Assembly: GCF_035084215.1 (NCBI RefSeq)
Contig: NC_090328.1
Coordinates: 105,524,001-105,588,000, forward strand
DNA: 64,000 nt
DNA from: Heptranchias perlo
Lineage: Eukaryota
Direction of reading: 5' to 3'
Below the pieces are notes generated by a model. That model did not search any database, was not told where the DNA came from, and was given only the letters and a program-made list of their open reading frames with translations. The position numbers were made by a program, and so were the translations under genes. Below are positions 49,791 through 60,859 of the stretch, one piece after another. Position 1 is the stretch's first letter. Each line of letters opens with the position of its first letter.

Positions 49791-51556
49791 GGATCCTCTT
49801 CCATGGCTCCATGGAAGAAGAACCTGCTGATGTGAGGGCATCTCTGAGATAGTGTCACAGGTAAATGCGGGAATGTCTGAGATGGAGGGAAGGCTAGCCT
49901 CCATGGAGCTTCAAGCACGGCTCACCAATGAGTCCATTGAAGTCCTGACAACGGCCCTTCAGACTCAGGGTGAACAACATTCTGCTGCCTTAAACAGGCA
50001 GGCAGATCCACTAGCACTAGCACTGGCCTTACAAAGCTTCACACATGTCCTCCAAACTCTCGTCCAGCAGAGTGGTAGGAATGGTGTGGGCCTGGCCCAG
50101 GGGAGGGAAGATGGCGAAAGGGGACATGGAAGTGGGGATGCCACTCAAAGCGCCTCACCCATTGTCCCCCTCTCAACCAGTACCCGCAATGCTGCCTCCT
50201 CTCCAGGTGGCCAAGTCTGCCCCTGCACAGGTGCAGGTGGAGCAGTCTTTGGAGGGGCTCCCACGGGCACCGAAACCCAGAGGGCGTAAGCCCAAAGCAT
50301 CTAATCGGTCAGGGCATGAACAAAAGCAACCTGCCACGACCTCTGCTGCGGCCACAGGGGATGCACCACGTAGGAGTAGTCGTAAGCGTACGGCAAAGGT
50401 TTTGTGAGCACAAAGGGGATGCACAAGGGTGTTTGAAGGTTTGTCATGTTTTTTATTTATGTTTGCTTTTTGCTAAACTCACATTAAATATTATTATTGT
50501 CACCACTACTGCCACATCTTGGCCATTCTTGACTGGCTTGTGTAATAAGGCCCTTTCATGAGGTTCACCATGAACTTGATGTCACCCATTGGGTCACTCT
50601 ACAGTGGGTGTATGTGTAGTTGCAGGACTGTTTTGTGCAGGAGACGGGGGGTTGGGGGCGATGCTGGTGTGGCCGCTGCTCTGTCCAGGTGGTGAGGACT
50701 AGACTCTTCACACTGTCTGAAGTTAGGAGAACCGTTCACATATCAGTGACTCCCTGGCCTCACGAGCAGCCAGGTGAGCCGCTGTTTTGCCCATGAGTTG
50801 CTCCTCCTCCTCTGCTTCTTACTCCTCCTCTTCCGCCTCCTCCTCCTCAATGTGGGTGGCAGATGTGGATGGGGCCTCCTCCAGTGGCAGCCCTCTCTGT
50901 TGTGCCATGTTGTGCAGGGCACAACACATGACTATAATCTGTCCCATTCTGTCTGGTGCGTATTGAAGTGCTCCCCCAGAACGATCAAGGTACCTGTAGC
51001 ACATCTTGAGCAGCCCTATAGCATGCTCAATTGTAGACCTGGTAGCAATGTGGCTGTCGTTATATCTATGCTGTTGCTCAGTGGTGGGGTTCCTCAGAGG
51101 TGTCATGGGCCACGTGTGCATGGGGTATCCCTTGTCCCTGAGGAGCCAGCCCTTGCGGGTGTTAGGTGCGTGGAAGAGGGGTGGGATGTTGGACTCCTGG
51201 AGGATGAAGGAATCGTGGCAGCTGCCAGGGTATCTGACGCACACGTGAAGGAATCTCTTGCTGTGGTCACAGATGAGCTGAGTGTTGATGGAGTGATAGC
51301 CCATCCTTAGTACTTGGATCGTTGAGGATAGTACCTCAACTATCTACCTAATTATCTAAAGCAGCATCCCACTGGCTTTAATTGCCGGTGGGAGTCCCGC
51401 ATTCGGGAGCTGCGTGCGCACCCAAACGCGTCACTAGGGAACCCGGAAGTTAGCGGGTTGGAGCTGGGCTCCGAACCCGCTCTGGGATTCCGCCATTGTA
51501 GGAGCCCCCCCCCCCCGGCCCCTACGCAACCACTCCGCCATCCGAAAATCGGCCCC
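49790..51556 (+). mobile_element. Right portion of a family-B Harbinger (Myb-gene 3' end plus truncated nuclease) nested in family A
   Basis: Ends AAAATCGGCCCC; 51370-51556 similar to 18395-18574; family-A sequence resumes at 51557. Confidence 0.75.
50720..51304 (-). pseudogene. Harbinger B DDE nuclease, C-terminal half
   Basis: YPGSCHDSFIL, WLLRDKGYP, TIEHAIGLLK, CCALHN, acidic tail. Confidence 0.85.
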
Positions 51557-51599
51557 AAGGAGTGTGGGACTGTTGATGTATGGGGAGGTGTCGTTGAGG

Positions 51600-53848
51600 T
51601 TTCTGGTATCGCTCATTAATAATCTGTTAACATACAGCCCTTGTAGAAAGTGCTTATCTACGTTATAGTCTCCCTTCCTCTTCATCTTCCTCCACTTCCT
51701 CTTCCAATTCCTCCTCCTCCTTCACTTCCTCATGCTCATGCACTTCAGGTTCTCGCCGGATAGGGGGTGGCAAGGACTGTTCCCTCATAATGGTGAGGTT
51801 GTGCCAGGTTGTGCAGCGTGCAACACACAACCACAAATCTTGATACCCGCTCAGCTACGTACAGCAGATCTCCTCCAGAGTGGTCCAGGCATTGGAAGGT
51901 AACAGGAAGCAGAGAGTAGTGGTGAACAGTTGTTTTTCAGACTGGAGGGAGGTGTACAGTAGTGTTCCCCAGGGGTCGGTACTAGGACCACTGCTTTTCT
52001 TGATATATAATAATGACTTGGACTTGGGTGTACAGGGCACAATTTCAAAATTTGCAGATGACACAAAACTTGGAAGTGTCGTGAACAGTGAGGAGGGTAG
52101 CGATAGACTTCAAGAGGATATAGATAAGCTGGTGGAATGGGTGGACACTTGGCAGATGAAATTTAACGCAGAAAAATGTGAAATGAAACATTTCGGTAGA
52201 AAGAACGAGGAGAGGCAATATAATCTAGAGGGCACAATTCTAAAAGTGGTATAGGAACAGATAGATCTGGGGGTATATGTGCATAAATCGTTGAAGGTGG
52301 CAGGGCAGGTTGAGAAAGTGGCTTAAAAGGCATACGGGATCCTGGGCTTTATAAATAGAGGCATAGAGTACAAAAGCAAGGAAGTCATGATGAACTTCTA
52401 TAAAACACTGGTTCAACCACAACTGAAGTATTGTGTCCAGTTCTGGGCACTACACTTTAGGAAAGATGTGAAGGCCTTAGAGAGAGTGCAGAAAAGATTT
52501 ACTGGAATGATTCCACAGATGAGGGACTTTAGTTATGTGGTTAGACTGGAGAAGCTGGGGTTGTTCTCCTTGGAACAGAGAAGGTTGAGAGCAGATTTGA
52601 TAGAGGTATTCAAAATCATGAAGGGTCTAGACAGAGTAAATAGAGAGAAACTGTTCACATTGGCAGAAGGGTCAGGAACCAGAGGACATAGATTGAAGGT
52701 GATTGGCAAAACAGCCAAAGGTGACATGAGGAAAAACTTTTTTACGCAGGTTAAGATCTGGAATGCACTGCCTGAGGGGGTGGTGGAGGAAGATTCAATC
52801 ATGGCTTTCAAAAGGGAACTGGATAAGTACTTGAAAGGAAAACATTTGCAGGGCTACGGGGTTAGGGTGAGGGAGTGGGACTGGCTGGATTGCTCTTGCA
52901 TAGAGCTGGCACGGTCTCGATGGGCCGAATGGCCTCCTTCCATGCTGTAACCTTTCTATGATTCTATGATTCTATGGTGTGCTTTATCATGTTCCTTCTG
53001 GCAGCATGGTTCTCATTGTATGCCTGCTGTGCACGTGTGCACAGGTTCCTAACCGGAGTCATGAGCCATGTCATGAGAGGATAACCCTTGTCGTCCAATA
53101 GCCAGCCTTTGCTTTGCCCTTCTGGTTTAAATATAGGTGGAACAGAAGACTGCCGCAGAATGAACAAATCATGACTGCTGCCAGGATGGCAGGTATTCAC
53201 CTGCATGATGCGCTGCCTGTGCTCGCATACCAGCTGCACATTGAGGGAGTGAGATTCCTTTCTGTTGACGAATATGGCCGAGTTCAGGTGAGGAGCACAC
53301 AAGGCAATACGCGTGCAGTCAATGGCACCCTGCACCATGGTGAAGCCTGCAATCCGAGCAAAACCTCGTGCTCGCTCCCCCTGCTTTTCCCTGGCAAAAT
53401 AGATTGAGATAAATGTGTTTCTCATTATATAGAGAGCCTCATTGACCTTCTTTGAACTACAGTGAACTGCAAACTGTGAGGTGTTGCTTATATCTCCAGC
53501 AGCTTTCTGAAAGGAGCCAGAGGCATAAAAATTAAGAGCCACGGTCGCCTTGACAGCCACAGGCAATGCTGTCCTTGCCCTGCTTTGAGGCTGCAGTTGT
53601 GGTTGCAGCAGTTGACAAATTCCAGTCACGACTTCTTTACTGAACCAAAGGGGTCTGATGCACTGGTTGTCGCTGAAGTTGAGGTAAGTGAATTGGCCCC
53701 TGAAGACCCTTGTTGGATATGGCCTCCTGCTGAGCACCCTGCTCCTCCTTCTCCTCCCTCTTCTAGCAGCTTGTTCTGCTCTGCGTGGCCTTTCTTCATT
53801 CTCCCAGTCATATTCAATTCCCAGAGGAAGCCCTACCAGGCCACTCAT
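51600..53848 (-). pseudogene. Harbinger A DDE nuclease split by CR1 (5' part 52977-53848, 3' part 51600-51898)
   Basis: GAIDCT, PGSSHD, LLDDKGYP; the likely catalytic Glu reads Lys (IKHTI); FQCLDHSG resumes left of the CR1. Confidence 0.88.
51899..52976 (+). mobile_element. CR1 LINE 3' part
   Basis: VPQGSVLGP...KFADDTKL; (ATTCTATG)n tail. Confidence 0.95.
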
Positions 53849-54865
53849 GTCTGGAAGCAACATTTTTCAGCACTGTGTTTTAAATGCCACTGAAAGTGCT
53901 ACAAGACTAGCCAGATGACTCCCTGTAGAGTATTTAAACTTTAGCCAAGTATAGGAAACCTCCAAAAGGCAAACAATTGCACCTGCAGTGAGTAGAAATA
54001 ATCCAGCAACTAATCTGTTTGTACTTCATGATCCCTCCAAATCCCTCTAAATGGGGAGATCTTCATGCCATTTAACGGCATGTTCAGCTGTGCGAGGTTG
54101 GCTGGAGTAAGAAGGTGCAAAATGGCAGTGGTGGCTTCAAATCAGAGTTGCACACTGATTTGCATCATTTTCTCCCTGCTCTGCATGCTGCTGGTGGTCA
54201 TTAGGCTTGCATGCGAAAACCCCTTTACCAAGATGACGTCCAGCGCACTTCCCATCGGAAGTGTGCGTGCACGTCTCGGTCCTCATTTTTGAGTCTTAGT
54301 TTTCCACATAGCGCCTAATAAACAGAGGCTACATGGCCCAATTTAATCCTCAATAGCTCCAGAATATGAAGTGCACCCCTGACAACAGTTTGCAAACATG
54401 GCTTCACTTCCTCAGGTGCTTTAACTTTTAGCTTACTGGCAATCAGAGAAAAACACTTCAGTAGAAATCTGCGGACTGAATTTTCAGTCATTCTGCCCGG
54501 CGGAAACGGGCGGTATCTCCCTGAAAATGATGGGCAGTGACCTACCGTCCCATTGCCATCGTTGCTATGGCTGCAACAATGTTCACCAGGGCCCACAGCT
54601 GGATGGCTGGATCGGCTCCTACAGTCGGGCGGTAGGTCCATTTAAAATGGAAATTGGGTTTGTATGCCATCAATGGGACCCCCGATTACCATTCTTCGAA
54701 CTGATTTTAATCGGAGTGTGCACTGTTATTATAATACAAAGCATAATCAGAAATAAATCAAGTTTATAGAAAGTGAAAAGGTTTAAAAAGGAAAAAGGTT
54801 GAGGGTAAGAAAGACAAATATGTTCGCATTATTACACATTTTCAAGCTTCATCACTCAAGATAAT

Positions 54866-54956
54866 TTCACCTGACGAAGGAGGAAGCCTCCGAAAGCTTG
54901 TGAATTTAAAATAAAATTGCTGGACTATAACTTGGTGTTGTAAAATTGTTTACAAT
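54866..54956 (+). ncRNA. Solo Penelope-type repeat with a minimal type I hammerhead ribozyme motif
   Basis: TTCAC-CTGACGA-A-GGAG-GAAGC-CTCC-GAAA-GCTT-GTGAA: helix I TTCAC/GTGAA, helix II GGAG/CTCC, palindromic AGCT in place of helix III. Confidence 0.7.
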
Positions 54957-55034
54957 TAATCTATCAAGCCACTGAATTTTAGCTACTTAGATGAGATTAT
55001 ATGGTTAAAATTAGTCTGAATCACAAACACAAAG

Positions 55035-55096
55035 CCACACAGTGTGCCCGTGTGCACACACTCATGCACACACACACACACGGGTACACACACACA
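55035..55096. repeat. Imperfect (CA)n microsatellite
   Basis: Direct inspection. Confidence 0.8.
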
Positions 55097-55257
55097 GTGA
55101 TGTACCAGGAGTCTTTTTATGCTTCAATAATCCAACTATAATATATTAAAAAACTTATGTTTGCATGCAATTCCTGTTTAAAATATCTTACTTCCTTTTG
55201 TCACACTTTTATGTCAACTTTTTTCATTGAGTTCCTATGTCCACATTTATAATGGGA

Positions 55258-56047
55258 ATTTTGGCAGGAAGAATGAGGAGTGGCAATATAAACTAAATGG
55301 CACAATTCTAAAGGTGGGGTGGGGGGCAGGAACCGAGAGACCTGGGGGTATATGTGCACAAATCTTTGAAGGTGGCAGGACAGGTTGAGAAAGCGGTTAA
55401 AAAAGCATACGGGACCTGGGCTTTATAAATAGAGGCATAGAGTACAAAAGCAAGGAAGTTATCTTGAACCTTTATAAAATACTGATTTGGCCACAACTGG
55501 AGTGTTGTGTCCAATTCTGGGCATCGCAATTTAGGAAGGATGTGAAGGCCTTAGAGAGGGTGCAGAAAAGATTTACTAGAATGGTTCCAGGGATGAGGGA
55601 CTTCAGTTACGTGGATAGACTGGAGAAGCTGGGGTTGGTCTCCATAGAGCAGAGAAAGTTAAGAGGAGATTTGATAGAAGTGTTCAAAATCATAAAGGGT
55701 TTAGATAAAGTAAATAAAGAGAAACTTTTCCAGTTGATGGAAGGGTCAAGAACCAGAGGACACAGATTTAAAGTGATTGGCAAAAGAATCGAGGGGCGAC
55801 ATGAGGAAACACTTTTTTACGCAGTGAGTTGTTATGATCTGGAATGCGCTGCCTAAAAGGGTGGTGGAAGCAGATTCAATCGTGGCTTTCAAAAAGGAAT
55901 TGGATAAATACTTGAAGGGAAAAAATTGGCAGGGCTATGTGGAAAGAGCAGGGGAATGGGACTAACTGGATTGCTCTTACAAAGAGCCGGCATGGGCTTG
56001 ATGGGCCGAATGTCCTCCTTCTGTGCTGTAACCATTCTATGATTCTA
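55258..56047 (+). mobile_element. CR1 LINE 3' part, same subfamily as 51899-52976
   Basis: Colinear sequence and ATTCTATG tail. Confidence 0.93.
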
Positions 56048-56860
56048 TGGGCTGTAAATTGGGCAACGTAGCGCCCATTTCGTAGGCATAACACGGCCTC
56101 CTAAGGACCCAAAAACCCAAAATGGGTCCGGAATGCGCACATACACTTCTAGCACACTTCTAGAAATGGGCGCTATCTTGCTAAAGGCATTTGTGCAGGC
56201 GCAGATAACGTACACTGGCAGCATGTAAAGTAGGGAGAATATGCGGTAGATCAGTGTAGAATGCTGATTTAAAGGGACAGATGCAATTTTGGAATGCAAT
56301 ACTCCAGCCAACGCAATGTCTTAATCTCGCACAGCTGAGCAGGTCGTAAATAGCATGGAGGACCCACCAACAGCATTATTTAAAGGGGTCATGCAGGAGT
56401 TACAGATTAGTTTCTGGATTATTGTGTCTGGCTGCAGATGCATTTGTACCTATTTTTGGAGGTCTCCTATACTTGAATACTTGGGCTAGGGGATATAAGC
56501 TAACAATTAGAGACAGGACTTTCAGGAGTGAAGTTATCGTATATTGTACTTTGAAAATATCAGATTCCTGTAAATTTTGAGTAGTCAAGCTGTTGCTCAT
56601 TAAAAATTCCAGGGTTCCCATCATTATCATGCTTTATTATATTGCAGCACAGATTCATTTCACAATTGACTTCCACCATTTCTTGCAGTCACAGTGCACC
56701 TCCCCTTTAAGATAGGCAGACTGCCTTAAAGTGGGGCTAGCCACTCCCGATATTGGGGCCCCCTGCTGGTGTATCAGCCACTCAACAGCGCAGATAGCGC
56801 TGGCTGCACGCAGCAATCACCAGGCAGCACGAATGTTATGTGACTAAGTTTACATGAGCA
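56048..56860 (-). mobile_element. Internally deleted Harbinger A (nuclease-side end plus Myb promoter piece)
   Basis: Starts GGGCTGTAAATTGGG like 58944; 56690-56830 matches 62730-62870. Confidence 0.65.
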
Positions 56861-57964
56861 ATTCATAGAATCATAGGGGGTAATATTGGATAACCCCCGA
56901 AACCGGGCACGGGGGTGATGATGCGCAATTAACCCGCGCTAGGTCGTAACATTCGTGCTTTCTGGTGATTTATCTGATAGCTGCGAATGTCCAGGCCTAG
57001 CTGTGCTGTTGAGTGGCTGCTCACCAGCAGGGCGGCCCCGATATAGCGAGTGGCTAGCACCACTTAAAGGCAGCCTGCACCTCTTAAAGGCAGCCTGCAC
57101 CTCTTAAAGGCAGCCTGCACCTCTTATTTGCAAAATACATGATACGGGTCTGCACAGAGTCTGAACGGTGTTCAGAAATCGCACACATAAAATACAGACA
57201 CAGGTCCCATCCTTTTTTTTTAAACTGTTGATTTATTTTAAAATATTGACTAAAGGTTGCTCCCATCTGCATCCCACATCCTCCAATCAGCATGCCAGAC
57301 CCCACCAATCTGCTGATCTGAGCCTGCGAGAGTGCATGCACCAAGGTTCTCTGGTGATGCACTAGAGGCCTTAGTGCAAGAGGTGGACAGAAGGAGGGCG
57401 TCCTATATCTGCAGAGGGGCAAGTGGTCCTCCAGACATATGCTTCCGAGGTAGTGCGAGGCAGTAGGAGATGAGATCAATACGAGGAGCATAGTGCCAAG
57501 AACATGGATGCAGTGCAGGAAGAAGTTCAATGATTTGAGACAAGTGGTTGACTGTCAAGTGGCATCTCCTACCAACTGCACCAGTAGCCATAGCCACTGC
57601 CCAATGCACTATACCCCCCATCACCCACATGCCAACAAACTCTTTCAATCAGTACTCAACTCTTCCAATCAGATGCTTCATCTCACCCTCACGCATTACC
57701 ACTGTTGCAAGCCACACACCCACAACTCACAGGTCACACACACTGGCAGCTATTCAACCATGACAGCCACATCACCCAAACATCTTGCAGGACACTCACC
57801 GACACACTTCCCACTTTCTTGCAGGAGAAGGTGGAGCATAACAGGAAGCAGCAAGTGGCAGTGGCTCCATGGAACATGAACCTGCTGTCATCTCTCAGGT
57901 GCCCTTGCTGTTGCCTGTCAGCTAGCCAGCCCACTCCCTGTAGAGTATTGAAACTTTATTATTG

Positions 57965-58487
57965 GAATATAGGAACAGGAGTAGGCCATTTAGCCCCTCA
58001 GGCCTGCTCCCACGCCATTCAATGAAATCATGATGTGGAGATGCCGGTGATGGACTGGGGTGGACAAATGTAAGGAATCTTACAACACCAGGTTATAGTC
58101 CAACAGTTTTATTTGAAAATCACAAGCTTTCGGAAGCTTTCTCCTTCGTCAGGTGAAAGGAGAAAGGAGGAAGGAGAAAGCCTCCGAAAGCTTGTGATTT
58201 TCAAATAAAACTGTTGGACTATAACCTGGTGTTGTAAGATTCCTTACAATGAAATCATGGCTGATCTGTGACCTAACTCCATATACCTGCCTTAGACCCA
58301 TTTCTCTTAATACCTTTCGTTAACAAAATTCTCAGTCTCAGATTTAAAATTAACAATTGAGCTAGCATCAACTGCCATTTGCAGAAAAGAGTTTCAAATT
58401 TCCACCACCCTTTGCATGTAGAAACGTTTCCTAACTTCACTCCTGCAAGTCCTGGCTCTAATTTTTAGGCTATGTCCATAGTCCTAG
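57965..58487 (-). mobile_element. CR1 3' end
   Basis: Reverse-complement similarity to 32170-32470. Confidence 0.85.
58033..58246. mobile_element. Palindromic Penelope-type insertion (different subfamily) with hammerhead motif
   Basis: 13-bp TSD CAATGAAATCATG (58020-58032 and 58247-58259); the minus arm has a full CTGACGA...GAAAGCTT core, the plus arm has lost CTGA. Confidence 0.85.
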
Positions 58488-59448
58488 TATTCAAGTATAG
58501 GAGACCTCCAAAAACAGGTACAAATGCATCAGCAGTCAGAAGCAATAATCCAGCAACCAATCTGTAACTTCCGTATGATCCCTTTAAATAGTGCTGCTGG
58601 GGGGGTCTTCCATGTTGTTTAAGGCCTGTTCAGCTGTGCGAGGTTAACACAATGCGTTGGCTGGAGTGTTGAGTTCCAATATAGCAGTGTCCCTTTAAAT
58701 CAGCATTGCACACTGATCTATTGAATAATCTTCCAACTTTACATACTGCCAACGTTCATTAGGTGCGCATGTGCAGCCACCTTTTCCAAGGTGATGTCCT
58801 GCGCACATCACACCGGAAGTGTACATACGCATCTCGGATGCCATTTTTGGTGCTTGGGAGTCCACGTAGCACCTACACAACAAGTGCTACGCGGCCCAAT
58901 TTAGCCCCCAGTGTGTTGTAATTACATCCGCGCACCAATTGTGGGGTTATAAATTGGGCTGTGCAGCGCCCGTTTTTCAGATGCTACACAGCCTCCTATG
59001 GTCCCAAAATGGCATCCGGAATGTGCATGCACACTTCTAGTGCGACGTGCATCAGACGCCATCTTGGTAAAGGCGTTTGCTCACGTGCAGATAATGAACG
59101 ACGCATAAGGTGAATATGCGTTAGATCAGTGTGCAACGCTGATGTAAAAGGATAGATACTATTTTGGAACTCAACGCTCCAGCCAACGCATTGTCTTAAC
59201 CACGAACAGCTGAACATATCTTAGATTGCCTGGAGGACCCCTCCACCAATGCCATTTAAAGGGATCATGCAGGTGTTGCAGGTTAGTAGCTGAATTATTG
59301 CTTCTGGCTGCTGGTGCAATTGTACGTATTAATTGAAGCTTCCATACTCGGAGAGTGTTGCTATAGTATATAGAGAGAGTAGTTTAGCAGGTCCTGCATT
59401 ACTGTTGATGTCATTTACAACAGTTTGGTGAACAAGATTCCTGCAACC

Positions 59449-60629
59449 ATGGGTGGCCGAGTAGGGCTCCCGCTGGGCATTGAACATGACTGGGAACATG
59501 CAGGGAGGCCACTCAGAGCAGGACAACCTGTGAGGAGAGGAATGGGGAAGACGAGGTGCAGGGCACTGAGCAGGAGGCCATGTCCCATGAGGGCCTTCAG
59601 GGAACAATACTCTTACCTCAACATGAGCGAAGATCAGTGCATCCGATGGCTGCGCTTCACCAAAGAGGTTGTGACAGAGATTTGTCAACTGCTGCAGCCA
59701 CAACTGCAGCCTCAGAGCAGGGCAAGGACAGCATTGCCTGTCACTGTGAAGGTAACCGTGGCGCTGAACTTTTACGGCTCTGGATCCTTTCGGGCCTCTG
59801 CTGGAGACATGTGAAACATTGCAGTTTGCAGTGCACTGCTGCATAAGGGAGGTCACGGAGGCACTGCATGAGCTGCATAACAGGTTCATCATGTTCCGTC
59901 TTGACAGAAAGAAGCAGAACGAGCGAGCACAAGGGTTTGCTCGCATTGCAGGCTTCCCCACGGTGCAGGGTGCCATTGACTGCACGCATATCGCCATGCC
60001 TGCTCCACATCTCATCGCAGCTATCTTCATGAACAGAAAGGGGTTCCACTCCCTCAGTGTGCAGCTGGTGTGTGACCGCACGTAGCGCATCAGGTCAATG
60101 CCCGCTACCCTGGCAGCAGTCATGAAGCCTTCATTATGCGGCAGTCCAACATCCCAACTATCTTTGAACCGGCTCGCCAAGTCAAAGGCTGCCTACTGGG
60201 TGACAAGGGCTATCCCCTCATGAGGTGGCTCATGACTCCAGTCAAGCACGCACACATGCAGAGCAGGCATACAATGAGAGCCATGTGGCCATACGGAACG
60301 TCATCGAGCACACTGTAAGCCTCCTAAAGCAGCGCTTCCGCTGCCTGGACTGTTCTGGTGGAGCCCTACAGTACTCAGTTGAGCGGGTGTCAAGATTCAT
60401 CGTGGTATGCTGCATGTTGCACAACCTCGCCCTTATGAGAGGACAGCCCTTGCTATCGCCTATCTGGCAAGACCCTGAGCCAGAGGCAGAGGAAGAGGAG
60501 GACGAGGCTGAGGAGGAGGAGAAGGAAACGGAGGAGGAAGTGGAGGAAGAGGCAAGGAGGCAACAAGGTGCTCAGGCCCTGTCTGCCAGAGCTCTGCGTG
60601 CTCACCTTATTCATGAGCAATATCAGTAA
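59449..60629 (+). pseudogene. Harbinger DDE nuclease (HARBI1-family transposase), frameshifted
   Basis: GAIDCTH, LLGDKGYP and VIEHTVSLLKQRFRCLD spread over four ORFs; poly-Glu tail. Confidence 0.9.
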
Positions 60630-60859
60630 CCTCAACGACACCTCCCAAGTCACCAACAGTCCTACACTCTCCACCTTTGCTCTCCCATATGATCATCTAA
60701 TCGTCCTCCTCATGATTAAACATTGCTTCCTCCTGCAGCTCATCACATAAATAAAAACCACCAACAACTGCATCTTCAAATACAAATTTATAAAGTTACA
60801 CATTAACCCAAGTATACAACATTACACTGTTCACCCTTGTGCATTCCCTCAGTGCCTGT

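Larger units (their letters stand above)
47848..54351 (+). mobile_element. PIF/Harbinger transposon family A, with a nested family-B Harbinger part and a nested CR1
   Basis: TIRs GGGGGTTAAATTGG / CCAATTTAATCCTC; flanks TAT and AAT; Myb gene on +, nuclease on -, convergent. Confidence 0.85.
56876..58909 (+). mobile_element. Internally deleted Harbinger A with decayed Myb exons, a nested CR1 end and a Penelope-type insert
   Basis: TIRs GGGGGTAATATTGG / CCAATTTAGCCCCC; RTWMQCRKKFNDL at about 57500. Confidence 0.8.

Noticed and set aside
52964-53863. Host HARBI1 gene
   Set aside because: Lies inside a TIR-bounded multicopy element, is truncated by a CR1 and has Lys at the likely catalytic Glu; it is a transposon copy, not the domesticated gene.
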